A stretch of 64,000 bases of DNA. It comes from Candidatus Cloacimonadales bacterium (lineage in GTDB: Bacteria; Cloacimonadota; Cloacimonadia; Cloacimonadales; DAONDQ01). Under the pieces are notes generated by a model, which was not told the DNA's origin, did not search any database, and saw only the letters and a list, made by a program, of their open reading frames with translations. Each line of letters opens with the position of its first letter. Position 1 is the first letter of the stretch. The DNA lies in contig OY759316.1 in assembly GCA_963662275.1 (NCBI GenBank), forward strand, positions 3,616,001 to 3,680,000. The letters are read 5' to 3'. This document shows, in pieces, positions 1-10,205 of this stretch. A program made the position numbers and the translations under genes.

Positions 1-1618
1 TTTCTTCTGCCTGGAAACGTCTTACGAGTAAATAGTCTGAGTAATTACCAGGGAATTTACGGATACCATCCTTCTCAAATAAAAATAGATGATCCACGAC
101 ACGATCTAAAAAGAAACGATCATGAGATACCACCAGTATGCATCCTTTGTAAGCATCCAGGTAATCTTCCAGGATCTCTAAAGTGGGAATATCTAAATCA
201 TTCGTTGGTTCATCAAGAATTAGGAAATTTGAACCAAACATCAAGGAACGAAGTAAGTATAACCTCTTTTTTTCTCCACCGGAAAGACTGGAAATCTTTG
301 ATTGCTGCATCTTTCCATCAAAGAGAAAGCGTTCCAGCATTTCATAGGCAGAATGTAACGCACCATCCTTAGTTCGGATATATTCTGCTTGCTCCTTGAT
401 ATAATCGATCACTGAAATATTCAAGGGCATTTCATCGACTTCCTGCTTATAATAGGATAACAAAGTATTGATGCCAATCTTCACACTGCCTGACAACGGA
501 TGAATATCTCCACTAAGAATATTGATCAGTGTTGTCTTACCACAGCCATTATCACCAATGATACCAATGCGTTCCAAAGCTTGAAAGATATGATTGAAGT
601 TAGTAAAAAGCTCTCTCTTCCCATAACTCATACTGATTTGGTGCGCTTCCAAGATGGTTTTCCCTAATCTCTTGGTTTGGAAGGAGATGGATAAATCCTG
701 CTGCGTAGTCAGATATGATTTGTCGATCAATTCCTTCACCCTGTCTATATGACTCTTGGGCTTCGATGTCCTGGCTTTGGAACCACGCTGCAGCCATTTG
801 ATCTCTTTACGTAAAATAGCAGCTCTTCGTGTTTCTCTTCTCTGGTTATCAGCAGCTTCCATTTCCTTCTTTTCCAGGTAATGAGAGTAATTCCCCTGGA
901 AGAAGCTCACTTCTCCTTTATCCATTTCCATAATACGATTTGATACACCATCCAGGAAATAACGGTCATGAGTTACGAAAACGATTGTACCATTGAAGTT
1001 TTCCAGGTAATTCTGGAGCCATTCTATAGCATCAATGTCAAGATGGTTGGTAGGCTCATCCAAGAGCAGGATATCCGGTTTTTCAAGCAGGACTCGGGCA
1101 AGGTCTATCTTTCGTTTCTGTCCACCGGAGAGTGTACCAATGATTTGCTGATCATCGTTCAAACCGAATATAGCCAGCACCGTTTTAGCTTGAGTTTCCA
1201 TGTCCCAGCCATGCAAATTATCAATTTTCTCAGCTAATTTCTGCTGTTCCTTGAATAGGTCATCAGAGAATTCAGCATGAAGAAGATGAGTGACACGATG
1301 ATACTGGCGTAGGATTTGAAAGATTTCAAGGTCTCCCTGGAAAATCTGATCCATGATGGACAATTGCAGATCCAAGACCGGTGATTGGGGAAGGTAAGAA
1401 ACTCGCATGTCATTACGGAATGTGATCTTACCAATATCGGAATGATCTTGCTTGGCAAGAAGACGCAATAATGTCGTTTTACCACAGCCATTCACACCAA
1501 TCAAACCAATACGGTCTCCATGATGAATACCGAAGCTGGCTTCTCGGACAATCAGTTTCTCTGCATATTGCTTATGGATGTTTTCTAATGTAATGACAAT
1601 GTCACCAATATTAATCAA
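1..1618 (-). CDS. ABC-F family ATP-binding protein (Uup-like), 3' end beyond window edge
   Basis: Absent from ORF track because it runs off the edge. Manual translation from TTG at 1618: two Walker A motifs (GVNGCGKT, GDNGCGKT), signatures LSGGQKR and LSGGEKKR, LLLDEPTNHLD and VSHDRYF motifs, no TM segments. Confidence 0.9.
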   Translation of the reverse strand, partial: MINIGDIVITLENIHKQYAEKLIVREASFGIHHGDRIGLIGVNGCGKTTLLRLLAKQDHSDIGKITFRNDMRVSYLPQSPVLDLQLSIMDQIFQGDLEIFQILRQYHRVTHLLHAEFSDDLFKEQQKLAEKIDNLHGWDMETQAKTVLAIFGLNDDQQIIGTLSGGQKRKIDLARVLLEKPDILLLDEPTNHLDIDAIEWLQNYLENFNGTIVFVTHDRYFLDGVSNRIMEMDKGEVSFFQGNYSHYLEKKEMEAADNQRRETRRAAILRKEIKWLQRGSKARTSKPKSHIDRVKELIDKSYLTTQQDLSISFQTKRLGKTILEAHQISMSYGKRELFTNFNHIFQALERIGIIGDNGCGKTTLINILSGDIHPLSGSVKIGINTLLSYYKQEVDEMPLNISVIDYIKEQAEYIRTKDGALHSAYEMLERFLFDGKMQQSKISSLSGGEKKRLYLLRSLMFGSNFLILDEPTNDLDIPTLEILEDYLDAYKGCILVVSHDRFFLDRVVDHLFLFEKDGIRKFPGNYSDYLLVRRFQAEE

Positions 1619-1815
1619 TGTTTCTTTCTCCCTGCTTCTATATGACTTCTTAAAAAATGTAATTGACTCGTCAAGCAGAAAGAAGCAATGTAGAAGCTGA
1701 TAGTCGATTCATCTTCATCAATTAATATTTCTTTACAAAAAATATCCCCATCCAACTCTAAACTACTTACGCAACAGAATGAGTTGCTTTACATGTCCTA
1801 AGATAAGGAGATACA

Positions 1816-4140
1816 ATGTTTTATTTTCGGTTCTTTGATAAGAATGATCAGGGTTCAGATATGCAATTGAATCTCAATATGAATAATAGTTCTTCTCAAA
1901 TCCATCGATTGAGAGAAATCATGGATATTGTAAATGATGCCATTTTCATACATGATCCAAGTACGGGGAAAATCCTCGAAGTCAATAAAAAAGCGTGCGA
2001 TTCTTATCAATATTCCCGAAAAGAATTGAAACTCCTTACGACAAATGATATCAGCTCCGGGGTTCATCCCTACACTCAGAAAGAAGCTATCAAACTGATG
2101 AAAAAAGCAGCTTCCGGAAAACCGCAACTCTTCGAATGGCACGCGAAAAAAAAGAATGGAGATCTATTCTGGATTGAAGTCAATGTTCAACTTTCAAATA
2201 TTGAAAACCAACTCTACCTGATTGCGATAGAAAGAGATATCACAGATAAAAAAATATTCATCAAAGAACTTGAAGAAAGTAAACGCCAAATCACATCACT
2301 CATGTCTAATTTACCTGGTATGGCTTATCGCTGTAAGAATGACAGGGATTGGACGATGAAAATTATCAGTGATGGCTGTTATCAGTTAACAGGATATTTA
2401 CCATCCGACTTAATAGACAATGCAAAGCATTCTTTCAATGATCTGATTATACCCGAAGACAGGCAATTTGTTTGGAATGAAACCCAGGCAGCGAATTTAC
2501 AAAAGATACCTTACCAAATCAGTTATCGTATACATACAAAAGATGGTGAAATCAGATGGGTATGGGAAAAAGGATCGCAAGTTAACTTGGAAAACGGTGA
2601 TTTAGAAGGCTTCATTATGGATATTACTGACTTGAAGACCACCGAACTGGAATTAATGGAGAGTAAAAGTCAATTCGAAGCGGTCGTCAATGTCGCACCT
2701 GTTGGGATTTTGATTTTTAATGATGAACAAGATATTATCTATTCCAACCAGGAACAAATGGAAATATTCGGCTATGAATCTGATGATTATCATAATACAA
2801 GCCAATTACTTAAATTAATGATTCCAGATGAAAAGTATCAAAACTACATTAAGGATGAATTGAATAAGAGATATCGGGATTCCATATCCATGAAAAAAGA
2901 CTTTGCTTCTTTTGAATTCAATGCTACATGCAAGAATGGACAAGTTAGTATGATTGAGGTTAGAATTGCTCATATGGGGAAACTGCATATTGCTGTCTCT
3001 ATGGATATGACAGCCCGAAGGGAAGCTGAAAAAGCTCTGATTGAGAAAACAGAAGAAATGGATAGTTTTTTCAATTTATCTATCGACCTGATGTGCATTA
3101 CCGATCTTGCCGGTCAATTCCATAGGTTAAATCCTGCTTGGCAAAAGACTTTGGGCTATTCCCTGGCAGAATTGAATCATATTGATTTCCTGGATCTGGT
3201 ACATCCTGAAGATTTGCAATTATCCTCAGATGCACTTTCCATCCTGAAAGGAGATAATGAAATCTTCAAGTTCGAAAACAGATATCGCTGCCAAGATGTT
3301 TCCTATCGCTGGTTAGAATGGCATGCTGTACCCTTCGGATCATTACTTTATCTAGCAGCAAGAGATACAACTGATCGAATAAAAACAAACGATGAAATTC
3401 GAGAACTAAACGCAGAATTGGAGAATCGTGTCCTCCAACGTACATCTGATCTTGCAGCATTAAATAAGGAACTGGAAAGTTTTGCCTATTCTGTTTCTCA
3501 TGATCTTCGTGCTCCACTTCGCAGTATCAGCGGTTTCAGTCATGCCCTGGATGAAGATTTTCATGAGGTGCTTAATGATGTGGGAAAAGACTATCTTCGT
3601 AGGATCACGGATTCAGCATCAAGGATGTCTGACCTTATTGATTCGCTGTTAAATTTATCTAGGGTAGCAAGAACAGAGATGAGTTTTACAAGTCTCAATT
3701 TGACCAAATTTGCCAATTCTATTGCAGAAGAACTACGGAAAACAGACCCAACTCGTAATGTTGAATTTATCATCGATCCTGATCTCGAAGCAGTTGGAGA
3801 TGCTGCATTAATTAATAATGTCCTGCAAAATCTCTTGGGAAATGCTTGGAAATTTGCCAGTAAAACTGAGAAAACTCGAATTGAAGTTGGAAAGATGTTC
3901 AATGAAGGAAAAACCGTTTTCTATGTCAGCGATAACGGAGCTGGCTTTGATATGAAATATGCAAACAAGTTATTCCAGCCGTTCCAAAGACTTCACGATT
4001 TGAATGATTTCCCAGGTTCCGGAGTTGGTCTAGCAACCGTCATGCGAATTATTAATCGGCATCGAGGCAGTATTTGGGCAGAAAGTATAGAAAATGTATG
4101 TACTACGTTTTATTTTACGCTGAACGTTGATCTGGATTGA
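1816..4140 (+). CDS. Multi-PAS cytoplasmic sensor histidine kinase
   Basis: Four PAS/PAC-like repeats, H-box YSVSHDLRAPLR, N-box NLLGNAWKF, DNGAGFD and GSGVGL G-boxes; RBS AAGGAG upstream. Confidence 0.93.
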   Translation: MFYFRFFDKNDQGSDMQLNLNMNNSSSQIHRLREIMDIVNDAIFIHDPSTGKILEVNKKACDSYQYSRKELKLLTTNDISSGVHPYTQKEAIKLMKKAASGKPQLFEWHAKKKNGDLFWIEVNVQLSNIENQLYLIAIERDITDKKIFIKELEESKRQITSLMSNLPGMAYRCKNDRDWTMKIISDGCYQLTGYLPSDLIDNAKHSFNDLIIPEDRQFVWNETQAANLQKIPYQISYRIHTKDGEIRWVWEKGSQVNLENGDLEGFIMDITDLKTTELELMESKSQFEAVVNVAPVGILIFNDEQDIIYSNQEQMEIFGYESDDYHNTSQLLKLMIPDEKYQNYIKDELNKRYRDSISMKKDFASFEFNATCKNGQVSMIEVRIAHMGKLHIAVSMDMTARREAEKALIEKTEEMDSFFNLSIDLMCITDLAGQFHRLNPAWQKTLGYSLAELNHIDFLDLVHPEDLQLSSDALSILKGDNEIFKFENRYRCQDVSYRWLEWHAVPFGSLLYLAARDTTDRIKTNDEIRELNAELENRVLQRTSDLAALNKELESFAYSVSHDLRAPLRSISGFSHALDEDFHEVLNDVGKDYLRRITDSASRMSDLIDSLLNLSRVARTEMSFTSLNLTKFANSIAEELRKTDPTRNVEFIIDPDLEAVGDAALINNVLQNLLGNAWKFASKTEKTRIEVGKMFNEGKTVFYVSDNGAGFDMKYANKLFQPFQRLHDLNDFPGSGVGLATVMRIINRHRGSIWAESIENVCTTFYFTLNVDLD

Positions 4141-4155
4141 TCTGCTGATATTGAA

Positions 4156-4178
4156 GAGACGCCCAATTGGGGCGTCTC
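4156..4178. repeat. REP-like palindrome (GAGACGCCCAA family) between convergent genes, probable terminator
   Basis: gagacgcccaattggggcgtctc followed by a pyrimidine tract; same family at 5582, 5625, 5669, 5715, 29500, 35766, 52661. Confidence 0.8.
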
Positions 4179-4212
4179 CTCTTTCTCTTTTGACTGATAC
4201 CTGTTACCTTCT

Positions 4213-5565
4213 TTAGGCATATTTCTTTAATTTATCTTCAAATAATCTCTGTATTTCCAGCATCCTGGCTTCTGTCGTGGCTTCAAAACGCATGACCAGC
4301 ACCGGCTGTGTATTGGAAGCTCTAACCAATCCCCAGCCATCAGGGAAAGTGACACGGACACCATCGATATCATTCACATTATAGCCATCATCTTTGAAGG
4401 ATTGGGTCACTCTCTCCACATGTGCGAATTTGGTTTCTTCTATTGTATCAAATCGTATTTCAGGAGTGTTGAACATTATCGGTTCGTCAGAGAGCATATC
4501 TCCAACTGTCTGTTTCGATTTGGAAATGATTTCTACAATTCTCGTGCAGGCATAAATCGCATCATCGTAACCTAGATAGCGGTCACCAATGAACATATGT
4601 CCTGACATTTCTCCACCCATCTTGATACCGTTATCAGCCATATAGCCTTTAATATTGGCATGACCCGTTTTGTACATGATCGGCACACCACCATGCTTTG
4701 CAATATCATCAAAGAGGTTCTTGGAGCATTTCACATCCCCAACAACACGTTGCCCCTGATTGTCTTTCAGATAATCACGCGCAAAGAGATTGAGTATCTG
4801 GTCACCGTAAATCATACCGCCTTTCTCGTCGATGAGACCAATTCGATCTGCATCGCCGTCAAGACCGAGACCAACTTCCCATTCCCCTGTTTCCATCACT
4901 TTCACCAGGTCGATAAGATTTTTCAGGACAGTTGGATCAGGATGATGATTCGGGAAGGTACCGTCCATTTCACAGTACATTTCCTTCACTTCACAACCCA
5001 GTCTTCTCAGGATTTCAGGAAGATAAACACCGCCACAGCCGTTACCGGCATCAACCACACATTTCACAGGTCTTTCCAGCTTGATACTCTTCACTATGTA
5101 ATCGATATACATTTCATTAATATCATCACGATGACTAAGAATGCCAGTGCCCACTTCAAAATCACTTGTTTGGATAATTTTAAGGATTTCCTGTATCTCT
5201 TCTCCGTAAACGCTAACCAGTCCCTGGTTGAGCTTGATTCCGTTATATTCGGGTGGATTGTGACTGGCAGTGATCATTGCACCTGCGTCAGTCTTCAGCT
5301 TCCATATGGAATAATAAAGAGTAGGGGTTGACATGATACCCACATCGATAACATCACAACCCGTTTCCAACAAGCCTTTACAGAAATGTTCCTTGTAGCG
5401 GGGAGTGCTGATACGTGCATCACCACCGAGGGCAACTGTCTTCATATTGTGTCTGCGTAGGAAAGTGCCAAAGCCTTTGGCAATCAGATAGACGGATTCG
5501 TTTGTAAGATCGATGTCCACCAGTCCGCGTATGTCATATTGACGAAAAATCTCAGGATTAACCAT
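4213..5565 (-). CDS. Phosphomannomutase/phosphoglucomutase (AlgC-like)
   Basis: FRQYDIRG start, TASHNP phosphoserine loop, DGDADR metal loop, GEMSGH, VRASNTQP. Confidence 0.93.
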   Translation of the reverse strand: MVNPEIFRQYDIRGLVDIDLTNESVYLIAKGFGTFLRRHNMKTVALGGDARISTPRYKEHFCKGLLETGCDVIDVGIMSTPTLYYSIWKLKTDAGAMITASHNPPEYNGIKLNQGLVSVYGEEIQEILKIIQTSDFEVGTGILSHRDDINEMYIDYIVKSIKLERPVKCVVDAGNGCGGVYLPEILRRLGCEVKEMYCEMDGTFPNHHPDPTVLKNLIDLVKVMETGEWEVGLGLDGDADRIGLIDEKGGMIYGDQILNLFARDYLKDNQGQRVVGDVKCSKNLFDDIAKHGGVPIMYKTGHANIKGYMADNGIKMGGEMSGHMFIGDRYLGYDDAIYACTRIVEIISKSKQTVGDMLSDEPIMFNTPEIRFDTIEETKFAHVERVTQSFKDDGYNVNDIDGVRVTFPDGWGLVRASNTQPVLVMRFEATTEARMLEIQRLFEDKLKKYA

Positions 5566-5581
5566 GATATATTCTCCTTAT

Positions 5582-5741
5582 GTAGAGACGACCAACTTGG
5601 GCGTCTCCTAATATTATTTTCGTTGTAGAAACGACCTATAAGAGCGCTTCATTTTTCATTCAATTCGGGTAGAGACGACCTACTAGGACGTCTCATTTCA
5701 TATTCAATCAGATTGAGACGCCCAAGCTTGGACGTCTCTAC
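5582..5741. repeat. Cluster of four GTAG-type REP-like palindromes
   Basis: gtagagacg...cgtctc units at 5582-5607, 5625-5650 (degenerate), 5669-5694 and an inverted copy at 5715-5741. Confidence 0.85.
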
Positions 5742-6320
5742 TAATATTGGTATTAACTTTCTCAATGCCAAGCCACGATGACTAAGCCTGTTCTTCTCTT
5801 CCTCATTCATTTCAGCATAGGTTAGACCGGTACTGTCAACAAGAAATATAGGATCATAACCAAATCCTTCACTGCCTTTATCTTCCGATGTGATCGTTCC
5901 TTCCACAATGGCATCCATCGTAGCGATCAAACCTTCAGGACTTGCCAACGCTACAACGGTTCTGAAATAGGCTTTCCGATTCGTCATACCTGCCATGTTT
6001 TTTAGAACCTTCCGCCGATTATCTTCAAAAGTACAAGGTTCACCCGCATAACGGGCAGCATATACACCCGGTTCGCCGTTCAAGGCTTCAATGAAAAGAC
6101 CTGTATCATCAGCAATGGCAAGACAATTCGCATGAATTGCATTTTCCATCGCTTTCTTGATTGCATTGCCTTCCAGGGTATCTTTATCTTCTTCGACATC
6201 GGGAATATCCGGATAATCAAGAGTCGATACCAGTTCTATATCCACAGCTCTCAATATATCAGTGATTTCCCTGATCTTGTGTTTATTCTTACTTCCAATG
6301 AGAAGGCGCATTCTACTCAC
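5649..6320 (-). CDS. rdgB: RdgB/HAM1 non-canonical purine NTP pyrophosphatase with REP-derived C-terminal extension
   Basis: SKNKHK, ADDTGL, GEPGVYAAR, GFGYDPIF, KNRLSHRG motifs. Start may be the ATG at 6311. Confidence 0.92.
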   Translation of the reverse strand: MSRMRLLIGSKNKHKIREITDILRAVDIELVSTLDYPDIPDVEEDKDTLEGNAIKKAMENAIHANCLAIADDTGLFIEALNGEPGVYAARYAGEPCTFEDNRRKVLKNMAGMTNRKAYFRTVVALASPEGLIATMDAIVEGTITSEDKGSEGFGYDPIFLVDSTGLTYAEMNEEEKNRLSHRGLALRKLIPILVETSKLGRLNLIEYEMRRPSRSSLPELNEK

Positions 6321-6873
6321 TTTTCTTATTGATCCAGTTGTTTATCTTCTTCCAGACATTCTTGTCCAGGAACTGATCAGCAGAGGATGTAATACGTGTC
6401 AGTAAATCCAACAAGTCTTCTTCACCGCTCCAGTTATCGAGTAGTATCTGCTTATCCACTTCTTTCAATATCTGGTTCAATCCAATCACAATGAGTACGA
6501 GATCATCAAGGTATCCAATAAAAGGAATAAAATCAGGTATGAAATCTAATGGCATAAGCACGTATGCTAAGATTGCACCGACAAATACTTTCTTTTTAGT
6601 TGGAACCCTGGAATCCATAGCCAGACGACAGACCAATACAAAGAAATCCGGTAATACGCATAAATATTCAGAGAGCGTTCCGCCTAGCTTTCCACCTTTA
6701 TCGGTTGAAACCTTTTTAAACTTGCGACGTAAATCTTCATAAAATTGCATCTTTCTTTCATCATCGGTAAAGACGACTTTGGCATCGATTTCCTCTGCCT
6801 TATCGGCAGGTATTTCCTGGGTTGGTTGTTCTTCGGATTCTTTCATTTCTTCTGGTTTGTCTTTGTCTATCAT
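6313..6873 (-). CDS. YkvA/DUF1232 family membrane protein
   Basis: AYVLMPLDFIPDFIPFIGYLDD motif. Start moved to ATG 6873 (RBS AGGAGG); the longer ORF start lies inside a repeat. Confidence 0.85.
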   Translation of the reverse strand: MIDKDKPEEMKESEEQPTQEIPADKAEEIDAKVVFTDDERKMQFYEDLRRKFKKVSTDKGGKLGGTLSEYLCVLPDFFVLVCRLAMDSRVPTKKKVFVGAILAYVLMPLDFIPDFIPFIGYLDDLVLIVIGLNQILKEVDKQILLDNWSGEEDLLDLLTRITSSADQFLDKNVWKKINNWINKKSE

Positions 6874-6905
6874 GATTCCTCCTAAGCTGTCTGTTTTCCC
6901 TCTCT

Positions 6906-7456
6906 TGTCTGATCTCCCTCCCTTTGGATAAAGGGAGGGGTTAGGGGAGAGTTTGATTCTCTGCTTCACTTATTCTAAGATCTGTTGTCTCTTATAGCTT
7001 TTCAAACTCTCCGACACTAAAGTGCCACCTCTCTTTATCCAAAGAGAGGAATGGACTTGCCATTCGCATCCTGTCTGATCTCCCTCCCTTTGGATAAAGG
7101 GAGGGGTTAGGGGAGAGTTTGATTCTCTGCTTCACTTATTCTAAGATCTGTTGTCTCTTATAGCTTTTCAAACTCTCCGACCTGAAGGTCACCTCCCTTT
7201 ATCCAAAGGGAGGAATGGACCTGTCATTCGCACTCTGTCTGATCTCCCTCCCTTTGGATAAAGGGAGGGATTAAGGGAGAGTTTGATTCTCTGCTTCACT
7301 TATTCTAAGATCTGTTGTCTCTTATAGCTTTTCAAACTCTCCGACCTGAAGGTCACCTCCCTTTATCCAAAGGGAGGAATGGACCTGTCATTCGCACTCT
7401 GTCTGATCTCCCTCCCTTTGGATAAAGGGAGGGATTAAGGGAGAGTTTGATTCTCT
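6906..7456. repeat. Tandem array of ~164-166 bp units (3 plus a partial), each with two inverted CTCCCTTT-GGAT-AAAGGGAG hairpins (BIME/REPIN-like)
   Basis: Unit starts tgtctgatct at 6906, 7072, 7236, 7400; same family at 33593-33636 and 53148-53477. Confidence 0.92.
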
Positions 7457-7506
7457 TCTCTGTACCTATTACCTAATACCTAGCACCTAGCACCTGTCCC
7501 CTTCTG

Positions 7507-10158
7507 CTATTGCAAATCCTTCAATATCTCTTTCGTCAGGTCAAGTTTTGTTTTTACTTCCACCTGCTTTTCGTGTTCTTTTTCAATCACTTCCGGCTTG
7601 GCATGCTGAACAAAATTCTCGTTATTCAGTTTATTCTCGATACTGGATAATTCCTTATCCAGTTTCTCGATTTGCTTTTCCAACTTGGCTGTTTCCTGGG
7701 CAAGGTCCACCAGTCCGCATAAAGGCAGATAGATTTCGATATTACGTACCACAGCAGCAATGGAAGCCTTTGGTTTAGTAATGCCTTCTCCGGTTTCCAT
7801 GCTTACCACTTTCGCCAGCTTATTGAAATAGCTTCTATATTCATCGAATAACTTGGTCTGTTCTGCTTTGGCAACACGTATTACAATACTGATCTCCGTT
7901 GCAGGAGAAAGATTCACCTGCTTCCTCAAATTACGCACAGCAGTGATGGCTTCCTGCATGAATGTCATATGATCAGCAATATCACTGTCTATTTTCTTTT
8001 TATCTGCAACTGGGAATAAGGCTATTATTAAAGCCTTCTCTTCCATAGGATAATAGTTTTTGATTCCCTGCCAAATTTCCTCTGTCAGGAAAGGCATGAT
8101 CGGGTGCAATAAACGCATCGCGGTCTGCAACACATCGAGAAGCACGTACTTCGCTGTCTTCTGACCTTCCAAATCCTCTTCATTATAGATTCTATCCTTG
8201 GAAAGCTCAAGATACCAGGAACAGTACTCATCCCAAATGAACTTCATCAGATCGGAAGCTGCATCATTGAAACGAAGATTTTCATAATGAGTGGTCACGG
8301 ATTCTGTCACTTCATGAAGCCTGCTGTATATCCAACGATCTGCCAATTCTAATCGTAATTCATTCGGTTTGGGCATCCCTTCAATCTTTTCCACATTCAT
8401 CATGATATAACGATACGCATTCCAAATCTTATTGGCGAAGTTACGTCCGCTTTCGAGAATCGAATCTGACCACACGCTATCTGCACCCTTCGGAGTGTTG
8501 AAGATCATGGAGAAACGGAGAGAATCCGCTCCCACACTTTCGATGATATCGATAGGGTCAGGAGAATTACCCAAAGACTTGCTGAGCTTTCTGCCGAGAG
8601 TGTCTCTTACAGTTCCATGCAAAAGCACGGTATCGAAAGGAATTTTCTGTTCAAATTCAATGGTCGCCATGATCATGCGTGCCACCCAGAGATAGATGAT
8701 CTCAGGGGCTGTGATGAGCAGATTGGTTGGCAGGAAATACTCCAAATCTTTTGTTTTCTCAGGCCAGCCCATCGTTGAGAAGGGCCACAGCCAGGAAGAG
8801 AACCACGTATCCAACACATCTTCATCCTGTCTAAACGCAGAATGTCCGCATTTAGCACAAGTCTTTGGTGTTTCCAATGCCACCACCATTTCATTACAGG
8901 AATCACAATAATAAGCAGGAATGCGGTGCCCCCACCAGATTTGGCGAGAAATACACCAGTCACGGATATTCTCCATCCAGTGCATATACACTTTTGTCCA
9001 ACGTTCAGGCTGGAAGCGTACAGTTCCATTGTTTACCACTTCGATGGCAGGAACAGCAAGGGGCTGCATTCTCACGAACCACTGGTCGGAAAGATAAGGT
9101 TCTATCACAGTATCACAGCGGTAGCAATGACCCACCGCATGATTGTGCTTTTCTATTTTCTCTAAAAGTCCCTTTTCGGAGAGCATTTTGACGATCTTCT
9201 CACGGCAGGCATACCGGTCCATACCTTCAAAATCAGCACCGGCATTGGCATTCATGATACCATGCTCATCCATCACGAGGATTTGCTCCAGGTTATGACG
9301 GCGTCCCACTTCAAAGTCATTGGGATCATGGGCGGGTGTGATCTTCACATATCCGCTGCCGAATTCCTTTTCCACATAATCATCCGCTATGATGGGGATT
9401 TCTCTTTCCAGGAAAGGAAGGATGACCAACTTGCCGATTTGGTCGATATAGCGTTTATCCTTGGGATTTACTGCTACAGCGGTATCTCCCAACATGGTTT
9501 CAGGACGTGTGGTTGCCACAGTCACAAATCCGCTGCCATCTTTGAATGGATACTTGATATGCCACAGTGAGCCGTCTTCATCCGCATGCTCCACTTCATC
9601 ATTTGCCAGAGCTGTCACACAGCGCGGACACCAGTTGATGATGTATTTGCCTTTATAGATCAGGTCTTTTTCATAAAGATGGATGAACACTTCCTTCACT
9701 GCTTTGGAAAGACCTTCATCCATGGTGAAGCGTTCACGTGTCCAATCACAGGAACAACCCAACTGCTTGAGCTGTTCAATGATCCTGTCGCCTTTCTCCT
9801 GCTTCCACTGCCATATGCGTTTCACAAGTTCTTCCCTGCCGATATCATGACGGGAAAGACCTTCTTTCGCTATCGACTTCTCCACCATATTCTGCGTGGC
9901 AATACCGGCATGGTCTACACCCGGTATCCAGAGCGTTGGCACGCCTGTCATACGTTTGTAGCGTATCATCACGTCTTGCAGAGTATTGTTCAGCACGTGT
10001 CCCATATGCAGGACACCTGTCACGTTCGGCGGTGGTATCAGGATTGTGTAAGGCTTTTTATCAGGATCGATCGTTGGCGTGAAGAAACCTTCTTCCATCC
10101 AATAGGCATACCACTTCTTCTCAATCTGGGAAGGATCGTACGTTTTATTTAATTCCAT
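7507..10158 (-). CDS. valS: Valine--tRNA ligase
   Basis: PPPNVTGVLHMGH (HIGH), GVDHAGIATQ, ATTRPETMLGD, DWCISRQIWWGHRIP, DVLDTWFSS, KLSKS, C-terminal coiled coil. Confidence 0.98.
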   Translation of the reverse strand: MELNKTYDPSQIEKKWYAYWMEEGFFTPTIDPDKKPYTILIPPPNVTGVLHMGHVLNNTLQDVMIRYKRMTGVPTLWIPGVDHAGIATQNMVEKSIAKEGLSRHDIGREELVKRIWQWKQEKGDRIIEQLKQLGCSCDWTRERFTMDEGLSKAVKEVFIHLYEKDLIYKGKYIINWCPRCVTALANDEVEHADEDGSLWHIKYPFKDGSGFVTVATTRPETMLGDTAVAVNPKDKRYIDQIGKLVILPFLEREIPIIADDYVEKEFGSGYVKITPAHDPNDFEVGRRHNLEQILVMDEHGIMNANAGADFEGMDRYACREKIVKMLSEKGLLEKIEKHNHAVGHCYRCDTVIEPYLSDQWFVRMQPLAVPAIEVVNNGTVRFQPERWTKVYMHWMENIRDWCISRQIWWGHRIPAYYCDSCNEMVVALETPKTCAKCGHSAFRQDEDVLDTWFSSWLWPFSTMGWPEKTKDLEYFLPTNLLITAPEIIYLWVARMIMATIEFEQKIPFDTVLLHGTVRDTLGRKLSKSLGNSPDPIDIIESVGADSLRFSMIFNTPKGADSVWSDSILESGRNFANKIWNAYRYIMMNVEKIEGMPKPNELRLELADRWIYSRLHEVTESVTTHYENLRFNDAASDLMKFIWDEYCSWYLELSKDRIYNEEDLEGQKTAKYVLLDVLQTAMRLLHPIMPFLTEEIWQGIKNYYPMEEKALIIALFPVADKKKIDSDIADHMTFMQEAITAVRNLRKQVNLSPATEISIVIRVAKAEQTKLFDEYRSYFNKLAKVVSMETGEGITKPKASIAAVVRNIEIYLPLCGLVDLAQETAKLEKQIEKLDKELSSIENKLNNENFVQHAKPEVIEKEHEKQVEVKTKLDLTKEILKDLQ

Positions 10159-10205
10159 TTGTAGTTCCTTTATTTATGTAGGTTATTGATTTATGTATGA
10201 GTTTC

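Noticed and set aside
4660..5331. Long antisense ORFs (also 9586-10152, 30440-30883, 46694-47152 and similar)
   Set aside because: Shadow frames opposite well-supported genes, with no motifs or RBS.
6874..6969. N-terminal extension of the DUF1232 protein (also track starts for mntH, rplP, ltrA and the 244-aa membrane protein)
   Set aside because: Extensions run through repeats or neighbouring genes; downstream starts fit RBS or family N-termini better.
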